From an archaeon (lineage in GTDB: Archaea > Iainarchaeota > Iainarchaeia > Iainarchaeales > 1-14-0-10-31-34), in the NCBI GenBank assembly GCA_024277355.1, contig JAJRVL010000005.1:76870-108869 (forward strand): DNA of 32,000 nt, given 5' to 3'. The translations under genes were made by a program, and so were the position numbers. Below the pieces are notes generated by a model, which worked only from the letters and a program-made list of their open reading frames with translations, did not search any database and was not told where the DNA came from. Below are positions 1-8,044 of the stretch, in pieces (position 1 is the stretch's first letter; each line of letters opens with the position of its first letter).

Positions 1-1506
1 TGGCTGTCTTGTTAAGATTTGGACTGGTCCTCTGCTTCTTGACTGCATTTTATGTGCAACCATGTGGAATAATCTTCTGTAAGCAACAATTCCATTAAAT
101 ATTTGGCCTTCTAATTTTTTTCCGCTTAAACCATCATAAAATGTTTCTTTTCCATCAGCTCTAAAGCCTGCTTCTTCAAGCATTTTTCCTATTTCTTGTC
201 TTGAAACTGAACTAAAAGGAGTTCCATCAATTTCTTTTCCTTTTAGTGATGCTGCTTTTCCGCCTAACATTTCAATTAAATGTCCTATGGTCATTCTTGA
301 AGGAATTGAATGGGGATTTAAAATTAAATCTGGTTTTATTCCTTCTTCTGTAAAAGGCATGTCTTCTTCTGGAATAATTGAACCAATAACTCCTTTTTGT
401 CCGTGTTTTGATGAAAACTTGTCTCCTACTTCAGGAATCATTAAGCTTCTGATTTTTATTTTAACTAATTTGTTTCCTTCTAAATCTTCTGCAATAAAAA
501 CTTTATCTACAAAACCTGGTTTTCCTTTTCTTACGGTCATTGAACTTTCTCTTCTTTTTTCTTGTACTACTCCAAATTCTGATACTTCTTCTAAAAATCT
601 TGGAGGAGAAGTTCTTCCAACTATTACATCTTTTTCTGACACAAATTCTTCTAATTCAACTAATCCGTCTTCGCCTAATTTTTTATAGAATTCTTCTCCT
701 AAAAATCCAATTGTTTCTTCTTTTGGGATTTCAAATTTGTCTATTTGACCGCCTGGATATCTTGTTTCTGCAGTTTCATAAGTTCTAAAATAAGCACTTC
801 TTCCAATTCCTCTGTCTACTGCTCCCTGATTTAATATTACGGCATCTAAAGTATTAAATCCATAATAAGGCATTATTGCTACAACGAGATTTTGTAATTG
901 AGGTCTTTTATCTAATTCCATTAAATCGCTGGTTTTTGTTTTAACTATTGCTTTTTGAGGATAATGTAATAAGTGGCCTTCAGTATCAGTTCTTAAATTA
1001 TAATTTATTCCTGGAATTCCTAATGCTTGTTTAAACATTTTTGCTCCATGCAATGATTTTCCAGCCATGTTGTGTTCTAAATAAGGAATTAATGAACTTA
1101 CAACAGATAAAATTCCTGCTGAATCAATTTCCATATGAGTGTGTTTTTTTGTTATTTCTTCTTCGCTTGTTGCAATTAAAGTGTTTTCTTCTTCTTCTGC
1201 ATCTAAGTATTCAATTATTCCTTCTTTTAGTAATACATTCCAATTAGTTTTTCCTTCTTTTAATGCTTTAATATGTTCTTCTTTTATTTTTAGTTTTCCG
1301 TTTTCTATTATTAACACAGGTCTTTGAACTCTTCCTGCATCTGAATTAATATAAACTTCTCTTGTGTCTTCGTGGAATGCAATATTAACCTGAGGATGGA
1401 TTTTTCCTTTTCTTCTTTGCTGAATTAATTCTTTAGTTAATTGTTCTGGTTCTTTATGAAAACCAATCAATCTTCCGTTAATATATACTTTTACTGCTGA
1501 AACCAT
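1..1506 (-). CDS. rpoB1: DNA-directed RNA polymerase subunit B' (C-terminal half of split RpoB), 3' end beyond window start
   Basis: Absent from the ORF track because it runs off the window edge. I read all 502 minus-strand codons in this frame and found no stop. ATG at 1506 (MVSAVKVYINGRLIGFHKEPEQ...). The window-edge sequence ...RRLFHMVAHKMQSRSRGPVQILTRQP is the conserved RpoB/Rpb2 motif. It starts 4 nt after the B'' stop. Confidence 0.92.
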   Translation of the reverse strand, partial: MVSAVKVYINGRLIGFHKEPEQLTKELIQQRRKGKIHPQVNIAFHEDTREVYINSDAGRVQRPVLIIENGKLKIKEEHIKALKEGKTNWNVLLKEGIIEYLDAEEEENTLIATSEEEITKKHTHMEIDSAGILSVVSSLIPYLEHNMAGKSLHGAKMFKQALGIPGINYNLRTDTEGHLLHYPQKAIVKTKTSDLMELDKRPQLQNLVVAIMPYYGFNTLDAVILNQGAVDRGIGRSAYFRTYETAETRYPGGQIDKFEIPKEETIGFLGEEFYKKLGEDGLVELEEFVSEKDVIVGRTSPPRFLEEVSEFGVVQEKRRESSMTVRKGKPGFVDKVFIAEDLEGNKLVKIKIRSLMIPEVGDKFSSKHGQKGVIGSIIPEEDMPFTEEGIKPDLILNPHSIPSRMTIGHLIEMLGGKAASLKGKEIDGTPFSSVSRQEIGKMLEEAGFRADGKETFYDGLSGKKLEGQIFNGIVAYRRLFHMVAHKMQSRSRGPVQILTRQP

Positions 1507-1510
1507 TTTA

Positions 1511-2977
1511 TCACAATTTTTTCAGTTTTACGCCCATTTCATCCAGCATTTTTTCTACTGGTTCTTCAGGGGTGTCAACTGTAACCTCTGCTAATATACT
1601 TAAATTTTTAACTAAACCGCATTGAGGTCCGTCTGGAGTTTCAATTGGGTCTAATCTTCCCCAATGAGTTCCATGAACATCTCTTGCTTCATATAATTCT
1701 CTGTTTTTATCTAATGGGCTTTTGACTTTTCTTAAGTCAGTTAATGGAGCTAAATAATTAACTCTTTCCATGAATTTTGAAACACCTGTTGCTCTGCCAA
1801 TCCAGTTTCCTGTTGACATTGCAAACCTGATTCTTTCGCTTATTGCTCCAGGTCTTACAACAGTTGAAATATTTAATTTTCTTCTTCTTGTTACTGTTCT
1901 GTCAATCTGGAATTTTAAGTCTTTAATAAAATATTTAAATGAATATCTAAACAAGTGTTCCATTAATTTTCCGCTTAATTCTAATCTTTTGTTTTTGTAA
2001 TGGTCTTTGTCGTCTTCTTTTCTTATCCCATAACTTAATTCAATTGATTTTGTTGCCATCATAGCTAAATAATATGCTTTAGCTAATCTGTCTTCTGCTC
2101 TTTGACCAATATGCGGAAGCAAAAAAGCATCAATTACTTCTTTTGCTCTTCTTAATCTGTATTCGATTACTTGTCCTGGTGCTACATATTTTCCTATTTT
2201 ATCTAATGCATCATTTTCTTTTTTGATGTCATCTAATTCTAAATTTAATAAAATGTCATTTGTTATTTCTTTTTCATTAGGGAAAGCGCCAATAATATCT
2301 TTGTCGTTTACTAATCCAAGTGCTTTAAGTAATACAAATAATCTTAATTTTCTTGGAGAAGAAGGAAAAGTTACATATAATACTCCATCAATACTTCTTG
2401 TAATTCTTACTCTTCCTTTAAATGCGCCTTTGGTTGAAATTACTTCTGCAATCCATTTATCTAATTGAGTTGAAACTAAAACTCTGTCTGAAGACAATAC
2501 TTCTTGTGTCATTAATGCTTTTTCTGAACCATTGATAATAAAGTAAGCTCCAAAGTCCATTGGGTCTTCTCCTGATTCAGTTAATTCTTCTTCATTTAAT
2601 CCTTCAAGCCAGCATCTGTTTGATTTAAGCATTACTGGAAGTTCTCCAATATACGCTCTTTTTTCGTCTTGTTCTACATCTCTTCTAAGTAATTTCATTG
2701 TTAAAAATAAGGGTCCTGAATAAGTTCTGTTTCTTGTTCTTGCTTCCATTGGAAAAAAATTAGCTCTAGGACTTCCATCTGCTTCAATTATTTTTGGTTT
2801 TAATACTTCAATGTTTTCTAATTCAATTTTTACTTCTTCAATTTTAGGAACAATAGTTTTGTTTTCTTCTACTATTTCGTCTAATTTAACATCAACAAAC
2901 TGATTAAATGAATCAATTTCCTGTTGGGCAATGTTTTTTGTATTAAAATAAGATTTAATTAAAGGCCAGCCATTCAT
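1511..2977 (-). CDS. rpoB2: DNA-directed RNA polymerase subunit B'' (N-terminal half of split RpoB)
   Basis: 488-aa ORF. Its N-terminal region (SFNQFV...) and length fit the archaeal B'' subunit. ATGA overlap with the rpoH stop. It sits between rpoH and B', the canonical archaeal order. Ends in TGA. Confidence 0.9.
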   Translation of the reverse strand: MNGWPLIKSYFNTKNIAQQEIDSFNQFVDVKLDEIVEENKTIVPKIEEVKIELENIEVLKPKIIEADGSPRANFFPMEARTRNRTYSGPLFLTMKLLRRDVEQDEKRAYIGELPVMLKSNRCWLEGLNEEELTESGEDPMDFGAYFIINGSEKALMTQEVLSSDRVLVSTQLDKWIAEVISTKGAFKGRVRITRSIDGVLYVTFPSSPRKLRLFVLLKALGLVNDKDIIGAFPNEKEITNDILLNLELDDIKKENDALDKIGKYVAPGQVIEYRLRRAKEVIDAFLLPHIGQRAEDRLAKAYYLAMMATKSIELSYGIRKEDDKDHYKNKRLELSGKLMEHLFRYSFKYFIKDLKFQIDRTVTRRRKLNISTVVRPGAISERIRFAMSTGNWIGRATGVSKFMERVNYLAPLTDLRKVKSPLDKNRELYEARDVHGTHWGRLDPIETPDGPQCGLVKNLSILAEVTVDTPEEPVEKMLDEMGVKLKKL

Positions 2978-3192
2978 TTAACCACCATTCTGTAATAAAT
3001 AGTTTTTCCTGCAGTAGGAGTCTCTCTTGTAATTCTGATTAAGTTTCCTTTTTCTGCACCTAATTCTTCAATTACAGGATCAGACAAAAGAATTTGAGGA
3101 AATTTTTCTTTTTTTCCACCGAATTTTTTTATTATTTCTTCTGTTTCTTCTTCTTGAACAATTTCATGAATTGGAACAATTAAATGATTCAT
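2974..3192 (-). CDS. rpoH: DNA-directed RNA polymerase subunit H (Rpb5 homolog)
   Basis: MNHLIVPIHEIVQEEE...LSDPVIEELGAEKGNLIRITRETPTAGKTIYYRMVVK matches the RpoH pattern (HxLVPxHEIV, DPV, SPTAG, YR-V). The track start at 3216 is a TTG. The ATG at 3192 gives the typical N-terminus. Confidence 0.85.
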   Translation of the reverse strand: MNHLIVPIHEIVQEEETEEIIKKFGGKKEKFPQILLSDPVIEELGAEKGNLIRITRETPTAGKTIYYRMVVK

Positions 3193-3264
3193 TATAGAAC
3201 TTAACTTTTTTATCAAGAGACCATCTCCGAGAGAAAAATTTTTTTTTGAGAGAATATAAAATAA

Positions 3265-3300
3265 ATTTAAATCATGAATTGAATACTTAATGATTTAAAT
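3265..3300. promoter_or_regulatory. Perfect 11-bp inverted repeat (ATTTAAATCAT-N14-ATGATTTAAAT) in the divergent rpoH/rbkR intergenic region; candidate operator
   Basis: Arms at 3265-3275 and 3290-3300 are exact reverse complements. The repeat lies between two divergent promoters. AT-only composition weakens its significance. Confidence 0.3.
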
Positions 3301-3436
3301 CAAAAGCCATGAAAATGACTAAGTAATGTAAGTCTAACAAATTAGCTTCAGAAAAGAATTTAAAGCATTATGTTTACTTTGTTTTTTTGCTATTTAAGCT
3401 ATTATTTTTTTAATCTGATTTTCCTTTTATTCTATT

Positions 3437-4093
3437 ATGAATACTTTTCCTGAAAAAGATTTTTATCTTTTGCTTATTATTGCAAAAAAATCGGAATTAA
3501 ATAATTCAATTAAAGCTTCAACTTCAGAACTTGCATTAGACTTGAATATTTCTCAACAGTCTGTTTCAAGAAAACTTTCTTTTTTGGCTGAAAAAGAATT
3601 AATTGAAAGAAAAGTTTTAGCTTCAGGAAATATTATTTCTTTAACTGAAAAAGGAAAAAATTTTTTACTTAAAAGAAAGAATGAATTAGACAAAATTTTT
3701 TCTTCAAAAAAAAACAATAAGCTTTCAGGCAAAGTAAAATCAGGATTAGGAGAAGGAAAATATTACATTAATCTTCCAGGATATCAAAATCAATTCAAAA
3801 AAAAATTAGGAAACAGGGTTTTTCCCGGAACATTAAATATTAAAATAAATGAATTTGAATTAAATGATTTTCTTTCAGAGAAAAAAAAGATTTCAATTAA
3901 AGGTTTTTCTGATAAACAAAGAAGTTTTGGTCCGGCTTTTGTTTTCAAAGTAAAATTAAACGGCAGAATTGATGCTGCTGTAATAATTCCTGAAAGAACT
4001 AATCATCCTGAAAATATTCTTGAATTAATTTCTTCTTTTAATTTAAGGAAAAAATTAAAATTAAAAGACAATGCTTTAGTTTTTGTTTCTTAG
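3437..4093 (+). CDS. rbkR: RbkR-like bifunctional protein: N-terminal winged-HTH regulator fused to archaeal CTP-dependent riboflavin kinase
   Basis: The C-terminal half (GKVKSGLGEGKYYINLPGYQNQFKKKLG..FPGTLNIKI...IIPERTNHP) matches the MJ0056-type riboflavin kinase (SGLGEG, GTLN motifs). The N-terminus (ELALDLNISQQSVSRKLSFLAEKELIERK) is an HTH. Confidence 0.75.
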   Translation: MNTFPEKDFYLLLIIAKKSELNNSIKASTSELALDLNISQQSVSRKLSFLAEKELIERKVLASGNIISLTEKGKNFLLKRKNELDKIFSSKKNNKLSGKVKSGLGEGKYYINLPGYQNQFKKKLGNRVFPGTLNIKINEFELNDFLSEKKKISIKGFSDKQRSFGPAFVFKVKLNGRIDAAVIIPERTNHPENILELISSFNLRKKLKLKDNALVFVS

Positions 4094-4584
4094 TTTTTTT
4101 TGAATGACTTTTTCATTTTGTTCAAAAAAGATTCTTTTTTCTTTTTTTCATTTTTTCTTCCTGTAAACTGAATTCTTCCTAATTCTTTTTCTGTTTCTTC
4201 AACTAATTTATTTACTTTTTCTGTTAATTTATCTTTTTTTAGTTCTGCATCTTCATCTGTTTTAAGCAATCCAATCATTTTTTCAATTGCTTTTTCTTGT
4301 TTTGTTTTGAATTCGTTTTTTTCTTGTTTTTGATCAAACTTTTTTGAAAAAGTTTGTTGGCCAATTGCTTTTTCTTGTTTTGTTTTGAATTCGTTTTTTT
4401 CTTGTTTTATTTCAGGTTCTTTATTTTCTGTTTTTTGCTCCTGTATTTCTTTGTCTTGTTTAACTTTTAATTTGTTTTCTTGTTCTGTTTTTTCTGTTTT
4501 TGTTTCTTCTTTTTGAGTTTTCTTTCCTTTAATTAAATCTATCATTTCATTTATTTCTTCTTCTTGTTTTTTTTCTTCACTCAT
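4090..4584 (-). CDS. Lys/Glu-rich low-complexity protein with internal repeat, unknown function
   Basis: 164-aa ORF, ATG at 4584, 11 nt downstream of the preceding gene. Its stop overlaps the convergent rbkR stop. Contains KQEKNEFKTKQEKAI twice. Confidence 0.5.
   Translation of the reverse strand: MSEEKKQEEEINEMIDLIKGKKTQKEETKTEKTEQENKLKVKQDKEIQEQKTENKEPEIKQEKNEFKTKQEKAIGQQTFSKKFDQKQEKNEFKTKQEKAIEKMIGLLKTDEDAELKKDKLTEKVNKLVEETEKELGRIQFTGRKNEKKKKESFLNKMKKSFKKN
4284..4408. repeat. Perfect 47-nt direct repeat (4284-4330 and 4362-4408), period 78 nt, inside the K/E-rich gene
   Basis: Both copies read caattgctttttcttgttttgttttgaattcgtttttttcttgtttt. The period is 26 codons, so the repeat stays in frame. 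A 10-bp inverted repeat (4335-4344/4347-4356) lies between the copies. Confidence 0.9.
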
Positions 4585-4595
4585 TTTTTTCCCTT

Positions 4596-5525
4596 TTATT
4601 CAATTTTTAAGTAATTTTTTAATTCCATTTTTTTATTGAAAACAACATGGTATTTTCTTATTTTAATCATTACTTCTGCTTCATATCCTAACGGAGTTTT
4701 TTCAAAATTAAGTATTTGGATTTCTGTTGTTGCTAAACCATTAGTTAACTCTTTTTTCATTCTTTGTTTTATATCTTTTTCCAAACGTGGAAATAATTCT
4801 TCAGGATTTCTTTTTCTCCAGACAACAAATATGACTCCTGTTGCAACAAGCAGAATAAATCCTGCTGCAACAAGCAGGAAAGGAAAATCTGCTGGTTTTT
4901 CTTTTCTGAATTCTATTCGAATATAATTTGCATCAATGTTTTTTGTATCATAAAACAGTATAAACCCGTCTTTAATTGAATATCTTTCAGGATTAATTTC
5001 AACAATTTCTCCTCTGACTTTAATCCTTAAATTTTCTTTGCTTATTTCAGGAGAAAAATAATCTTTTATTTCCGGTTCAATTATCAAAATAAACTGCTCT
5101 TTGTTTACGTCAATTAATGCAAACCCGTCTTTTATTTTGCTTAATTCTTTTATTATTTCTCTTGAATTGTCAAAACTTAATTTTAGTTTTCCATAATATT
5201 CATCTTTTTCCATTGTGCATTGAAATGAATTTTTTACTTCTTTTAAAAAAATTAATTCTGCTTTTGCAGTGTCTCTTGTGTCTTTGTCTAAGCTGTTAAT
5301 GTTTGCTTCTAATGATGCTTCAGTTGAAGGAAAAAGTTTCTTTAATTCTTTTTTGCAGTCTTTAATTTCTTTTCCTTTTTCTGTTAGTTTTCCTTCATAA
5401 GTTAATTCAGTTGAAATTATTTCTTCTTTTATTTCAATAGTAGTCGTTTTTTCTGCTGACTCAAAATAACTAATGCATCCGCTGAATAAAAGCAGTAAAA
5501 TTAATACAGGGATTATTTTTTTCAT
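4596..5525 (-). CDS. Predicted lipobox-anchored surface protein with C-terminal TM helix and short cytoplasmic tail, unknown function
   Basis: 309 aa. N-terminal MKKIIPVLILLLLFSGC is a signal peptide plus lipobox-like Cys. A TM segment FPFLLVAAGFILLVATGVIFVVW lies near residue 215. I recognise no family. Confidence 0.6.
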   Translation of the reverse strand: MKKIIPVLILLLLFSGCISYFESAEKTTTIEIKEEIISTELTYEGKLTEKGKEIKDCKKELKKLFPSTEASLEANINSLDKDTRDTAKAELIFLKEVKNSFQCTMEKDEYYGKLKLSFDNSREIIKELSKIKDGFALIDVNKEQFILIIEPEIKDYFSPEISKENLRIKVRGEIVEINPERYSIKDGFILFYDTKNIDANYIRIEFRKEKPADFPFLLVAAGFILLVATGVIFVVWRKRNPEELFPRLEKDIKQRMKKELTNGLATTEIQILNFEKTPLGYEAEVMIKIRKYHVVFNKKMELKNYLKIE

Positions 5526-5561
5526 TTAATAGAATTAGTTCTGTCAAATTAATAAACTTTA

Positions 5562-5738
5562 TTATAAGCGCATAAACGCAATTACGCCAAAACTGATGAA
5601 AATATAAGATAAAACCATTCCCTGTGTGCTGAAAATTAATTCATTAAAAAAAGAAATTTCAAGCAGGTTTAATGCTATTAAAACCATATAAAATAAAATC
5701 CAGAAAAAAAGCCCCTGAACCATTGAATTTTTTATCAT
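5562..5738 (-). CDS. Small 2-TM membrane protein (58 aa), paralog of 6101-6271
   Basis: Below the ORF-track size cutoff; translated by hand: MIKNSMVQGLFFWILFYMVLIALNLLEISFFNELIFSTQGMVLSYIFISFGVIAFMRL. The ATG directly abuts the upstream stop (5739-5741). Shares MIK..LNLLEI..F.RL with the 56-aa paralog. Confidence 0.5.
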   Translation of the reverse strand: MIKNSMVQGLFFWILFYMVLIALNLLEISFFNELIFSTQGMVLSYIFISFGVIAFMRL

Positions 5739-6098
5739 TTAAAACACGCCCATGCTGTATAAAAATATCATTAAGAAAAAATAAATTGTTAAAACAAAAG
5801 GAATTTTTCCCTGTAATTGAGGAATGTTTTCAGTAAAAGTCAATAAAATTACTTCAATTATATAATACACAAACAAAAATCCGCCAACTAAAATAACTAT
5901 TCCTGCTGTTTCAAAAAATTCTACTGTGGAAAAAATCATAATTAATATAATTAAAAAGAACCTTAATGAAAATTTTTTGTTGTAAACAAAAGTAATCATC
6001 AATATTGCAAACACCCAGAAAATGTTATTCATAGCTAACTCTACAAACCACTGCAAGTCTAAACTTGCTAATTTTGGAATCCATTCAACTGACAGCAT
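5739..6098 (-). CDS. 4-TM membrane protein (119 aa), paralog of 6276-6641, unknown function
   Basis: Shares the block LDLQWFVELAMNNIFW and the overall TM layout with the 121-aa ORF. Tightly coupled to flanking genes. Confidence 0.6.
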   Translation of the reverse strand: MLSVEWIPKLASLDLQWFVELAMNNIFWVFAILMITFVYNKKFSLRFFLIILIMIFSTVEFFETAGIVILVGGFLFVYYIIEVILLTFTENIPQLQGKIPFVLTIYFFLMIFLYSMGVF

Positions 6099-6599
6099 AA
6101 TTACAACCTTGCAAACATTACATTAATTATAAAAAATAAAACGCCTAACCCCATCATTTCTGCTGAATAAAGTGAATCTGCAAAAATCCTTATTTCTAAA
6201 AGATTAAGGATAAACAAGACACTGAAAAAAACAAACATTATTTTTATTCCGTCTAATACTGATTTAATCATTTTTTTACACCAAAAACAAATTATATAAA
6301 ATTAATATTGTAAAAAACTGAATCAGCATGACTATTGGAAGCCTGTTTTTAAGTGAAGGGATTGCTTCAGCAAAAGTCAACACAATAAGTCTTGCTGTAT
6401 AATTAATGAAAAGCAGTCCTCCAACAAGATAAACTAATCCAAGATTTCCAATAAAAGGAATACTAATCCAAAACCAAAAAATAACTACAAAAAAAGTTTT
6501 CCAGTTCCATTTTAATTCGTGATAAACAAAAGTAATCAAAATAAACAAAAATAACCAGAAAATATTGTTCATAGCTAACTCTACAAACCACTGTAAATC
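6015..6599. repeat. Tandem duplication of the two-gene membrane module; near-identical 45-nt core at 6015-6059 and 6555-6599 (offset 540 nt)
   Basis: 41 of 45 nt are identical, including a 26-nt perfect run ttcatagctaactctacaaaccactg (6028-6053 / 6568-6593). The rest of the paralogs has diverged strongly. Confidence 0.85.
6101..6271 (-). CDS. Small 2-TM membrane protein (56 aa), paralog of 5562-5738
   Basis: Hand translation: MIKSVLDGIKIMFVFFSVLFILNLLEIRIFADSLYSAEMMGLGVLFFIINVMFARL. It starts 4 nt after the upstream stop and stops 2 nt before the downstream ATG. Confidence 0.5.
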   Translation of the reverse strand: MIKSVLDGIKIMFVFFSVLFILNLLEIRIFADSLYSAEMMGLGVLFFIINVMFARL

Positions 6600-6641
6600 C
6601 AGTGAAAGCAGTCTGACAAAAAATTCAATTGCTAAAGACAT
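6276..6641 (-). CDS. 4-TM membrane protein (121 aa), first gene of the unknown-function operon
   Basis: ATG at 6641 preceded by a GAGGG-like SD and an AT-rich promoter region (6642-6726). Paralog of 5739-6098. Confidence 0.6.
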   Translation of the reverse strand: MSLAIEFFVRLLSLDLQWFVELAMNNIFWLFLFILITFVYHELKWNWKTFFVVIFWFWISIPFIGNLGLVYLVGGLLFINYTARLIVLTFAEAIPSLKNRLPIVMLIQFFTILILYNLFLV

Positions 6642-6726
6642 TTAACTAACCCAAAACCCTCTATTTATGTATAAATTGGGCAAAGAAAAGCTTAAATACT
6701 CTTTTTTTAACTGGACTAAGTGAATT

Positions 6727-7476
6727 TCAAATAAATGCGATTATCAAATAAAATATTCCTAATCCAAAACAAAAATAACTAAAATTAATTTTTTTTGCTA
6801 TTTCAAGCAGATATTTTATGCTTAAATAACCACTTACAAAAGCCACTAATACAGCAATCAATAAATTCCATTCAAATGCAATTCCCTCTTTTAAGCCAAA
6901 CAACACTTCAGCTAAAAAAACTGAAGGAACTGAAAGCAAAAAACTTAACTTAAATGCTTTTTGCGGAGTAAAACCTTTAAATAACAAAACTGAAGTTGTT
7001 ATTCCGCTTCTGCTTATTCCTGGAAGAACAGAAAACCCTTGTCCCAATCCAAGCAAAAATGCATTTTGTTTGGTTTCTTCTGTTTTTTTTTCTTTTTTGT
7101 TTTTCCATTGCAGTATTCCTGTTCCAATTAACATTAATCCAATTAAAACTGAAAGATAAAATGAACTAACTGAAATTTCTTTCAAAAACAAATACATTGG
7201 AATTCCGGTTATTGCAGTTGATAATACTGCAATTAAAATAAACTGCATTAAATTCCTGTTTTTTAATTCAATTATTTCTCTGAAATCTTTTCTGAAATAA
7301 ATTAAAGCAGAAAGCATTGTTCCTGCATGAAGTAAAACTGAATAACTAAAAGCTGTTTCTGAGTCAATTCCAAAAACTTTTATTGCAGTAATTATTGTTT
7401 GTCCCTGCGAACTGATTGGAAGCCATTCAGTTATTCCCTGCATTAAACCTAAAACTATTGCCTGAATTAAATCCAT
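6727..7476 (-). CDS. uppP: Undecaprenyl-diphosphate phosphatase (BacA/UppP family)
   Basis: MDLIQAIVLGLMQGITEWLPISSQG..., the GISRSG motif region and a multi-TM 249-aa protein are typical of UppP. Confidence 0.85.
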   Translation of the reverse strand: MDLIQAIVLGLMQGITEWLPISSQGQTIITAIKVFGIDSETAFSYSVLLHAGTMLSALIYFRKDFREIIELKNRNLMQFILIAVLSTAITGIPMYLFLKEISVSSFYLSVLIGLMLIGTGILQWKNKKEKKTEETKQNAFLLGLGQGFSVLPGISRSGITTSVLLFKGFTPQKAFKLSFLLSVPSVFLAEVLFGLKEGIAFEWNLLIAVLVAFVSGYLSIKYLLEIAKKINFSYFCFGLGIFYLIIAFI

Positions 7477-7481
7477 TTACT

Positions 7482-7745
7482 TCACTGCTTTTTGTACCAT
7501 TTTTCATATTGCTTATGATTTCCTGCAAACATTATTATTCTTGTTTTTTCTTTTTCTTCAAAGCATATTCTGTATTGCCCTGATTCTAAAACAAAAAAAG
7601 GTAAACCATGTTTTAAGTGCCTTGCTTTTTCAATTGTCTTTAACTGTATTATTTTTTTCCATAGTCTTTCTTTTTCCTGTTTGTCAATTTTTCTAAAAAA
7701 CTTATCCCATTCTTCAGCAAAACTTATTTCAAACAAGAAAATCAA
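7482..7745 (-). CDS. RelE/ParE-superfamily type II toxin
   Basis: 87 aa with HLKHGLPFFVLESGQYRICFEE...IIMFAGNHKQY, fitting the RelE-like pattern. TTG start overlaps the antitoxin TGA (TTGA). Confidence 0.6.
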   Translation of the reverse strand: MIFLFEISFAEEWDKFFRKIDKQEKERLWKKIIQLKTIEKARHLKHGLPFFVLESGQYRICFEEKEKTRIIMFAGNHKQYEKWYKKQ

Positions 7746-8005
7746 AACCCGTATTTTTTCTTTATTTGTTTTTCAGTTAAAACTTTTCTTTTTCCTTTTT
7801 TTATTTCTTCACTGATTTTCTTCATTTTTCTTAAAGCTAATTGGTCTTCAATTTCTTTAACATTTTTGAAAACACCATAATCTTTTCCTAATTCAAGTAT
7901 TCCTGCTCTTATTACTTCGCTTTTGGTTTTGAATATTCCTGTTTCAACTAATTTATCAAGAATTATTTCTTGTGCGCCTTCAAACCTAACTAAAGTTTCT
8001 CCCAT
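7742..8005 (-). CDS. Ribbon-helix-helix (CopG-like) antitoxin
   Basis: MGETLVRFEGAQEIILDKLVETGIFKTKSEVIRAGILELG is a beta-strand plus two helices, RHH-like. The ATG at 8005 is preceded by AGGTGA 5 nt upstream. The track start at 8020 is a TTG. 4-nt overlap with the toxin. Confidence 0.55.
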   Translation of the reverse strand: MGETLVRFEGAQEIILDKLVETGIFKTKSEVIRAGILELGKDYGVFKNVKEIEDQLALRKMKKISEEIKKGKRKVLTEKQIKKKYGF

Positions 8006-8044
8006 AAAATCACCTATCAATTTGTTATCAAAAAGATATATAAA

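Noticed and set aside
287-1327. Plus-strand ORFs 287-688, 540-788, 1041-1247 and 1139-1327
   Set aside because: They are antisense shadows of rpoB' (1-1506, minus). Their translations are low-complexity S/L/F-rich sequence with no recognisable domains.
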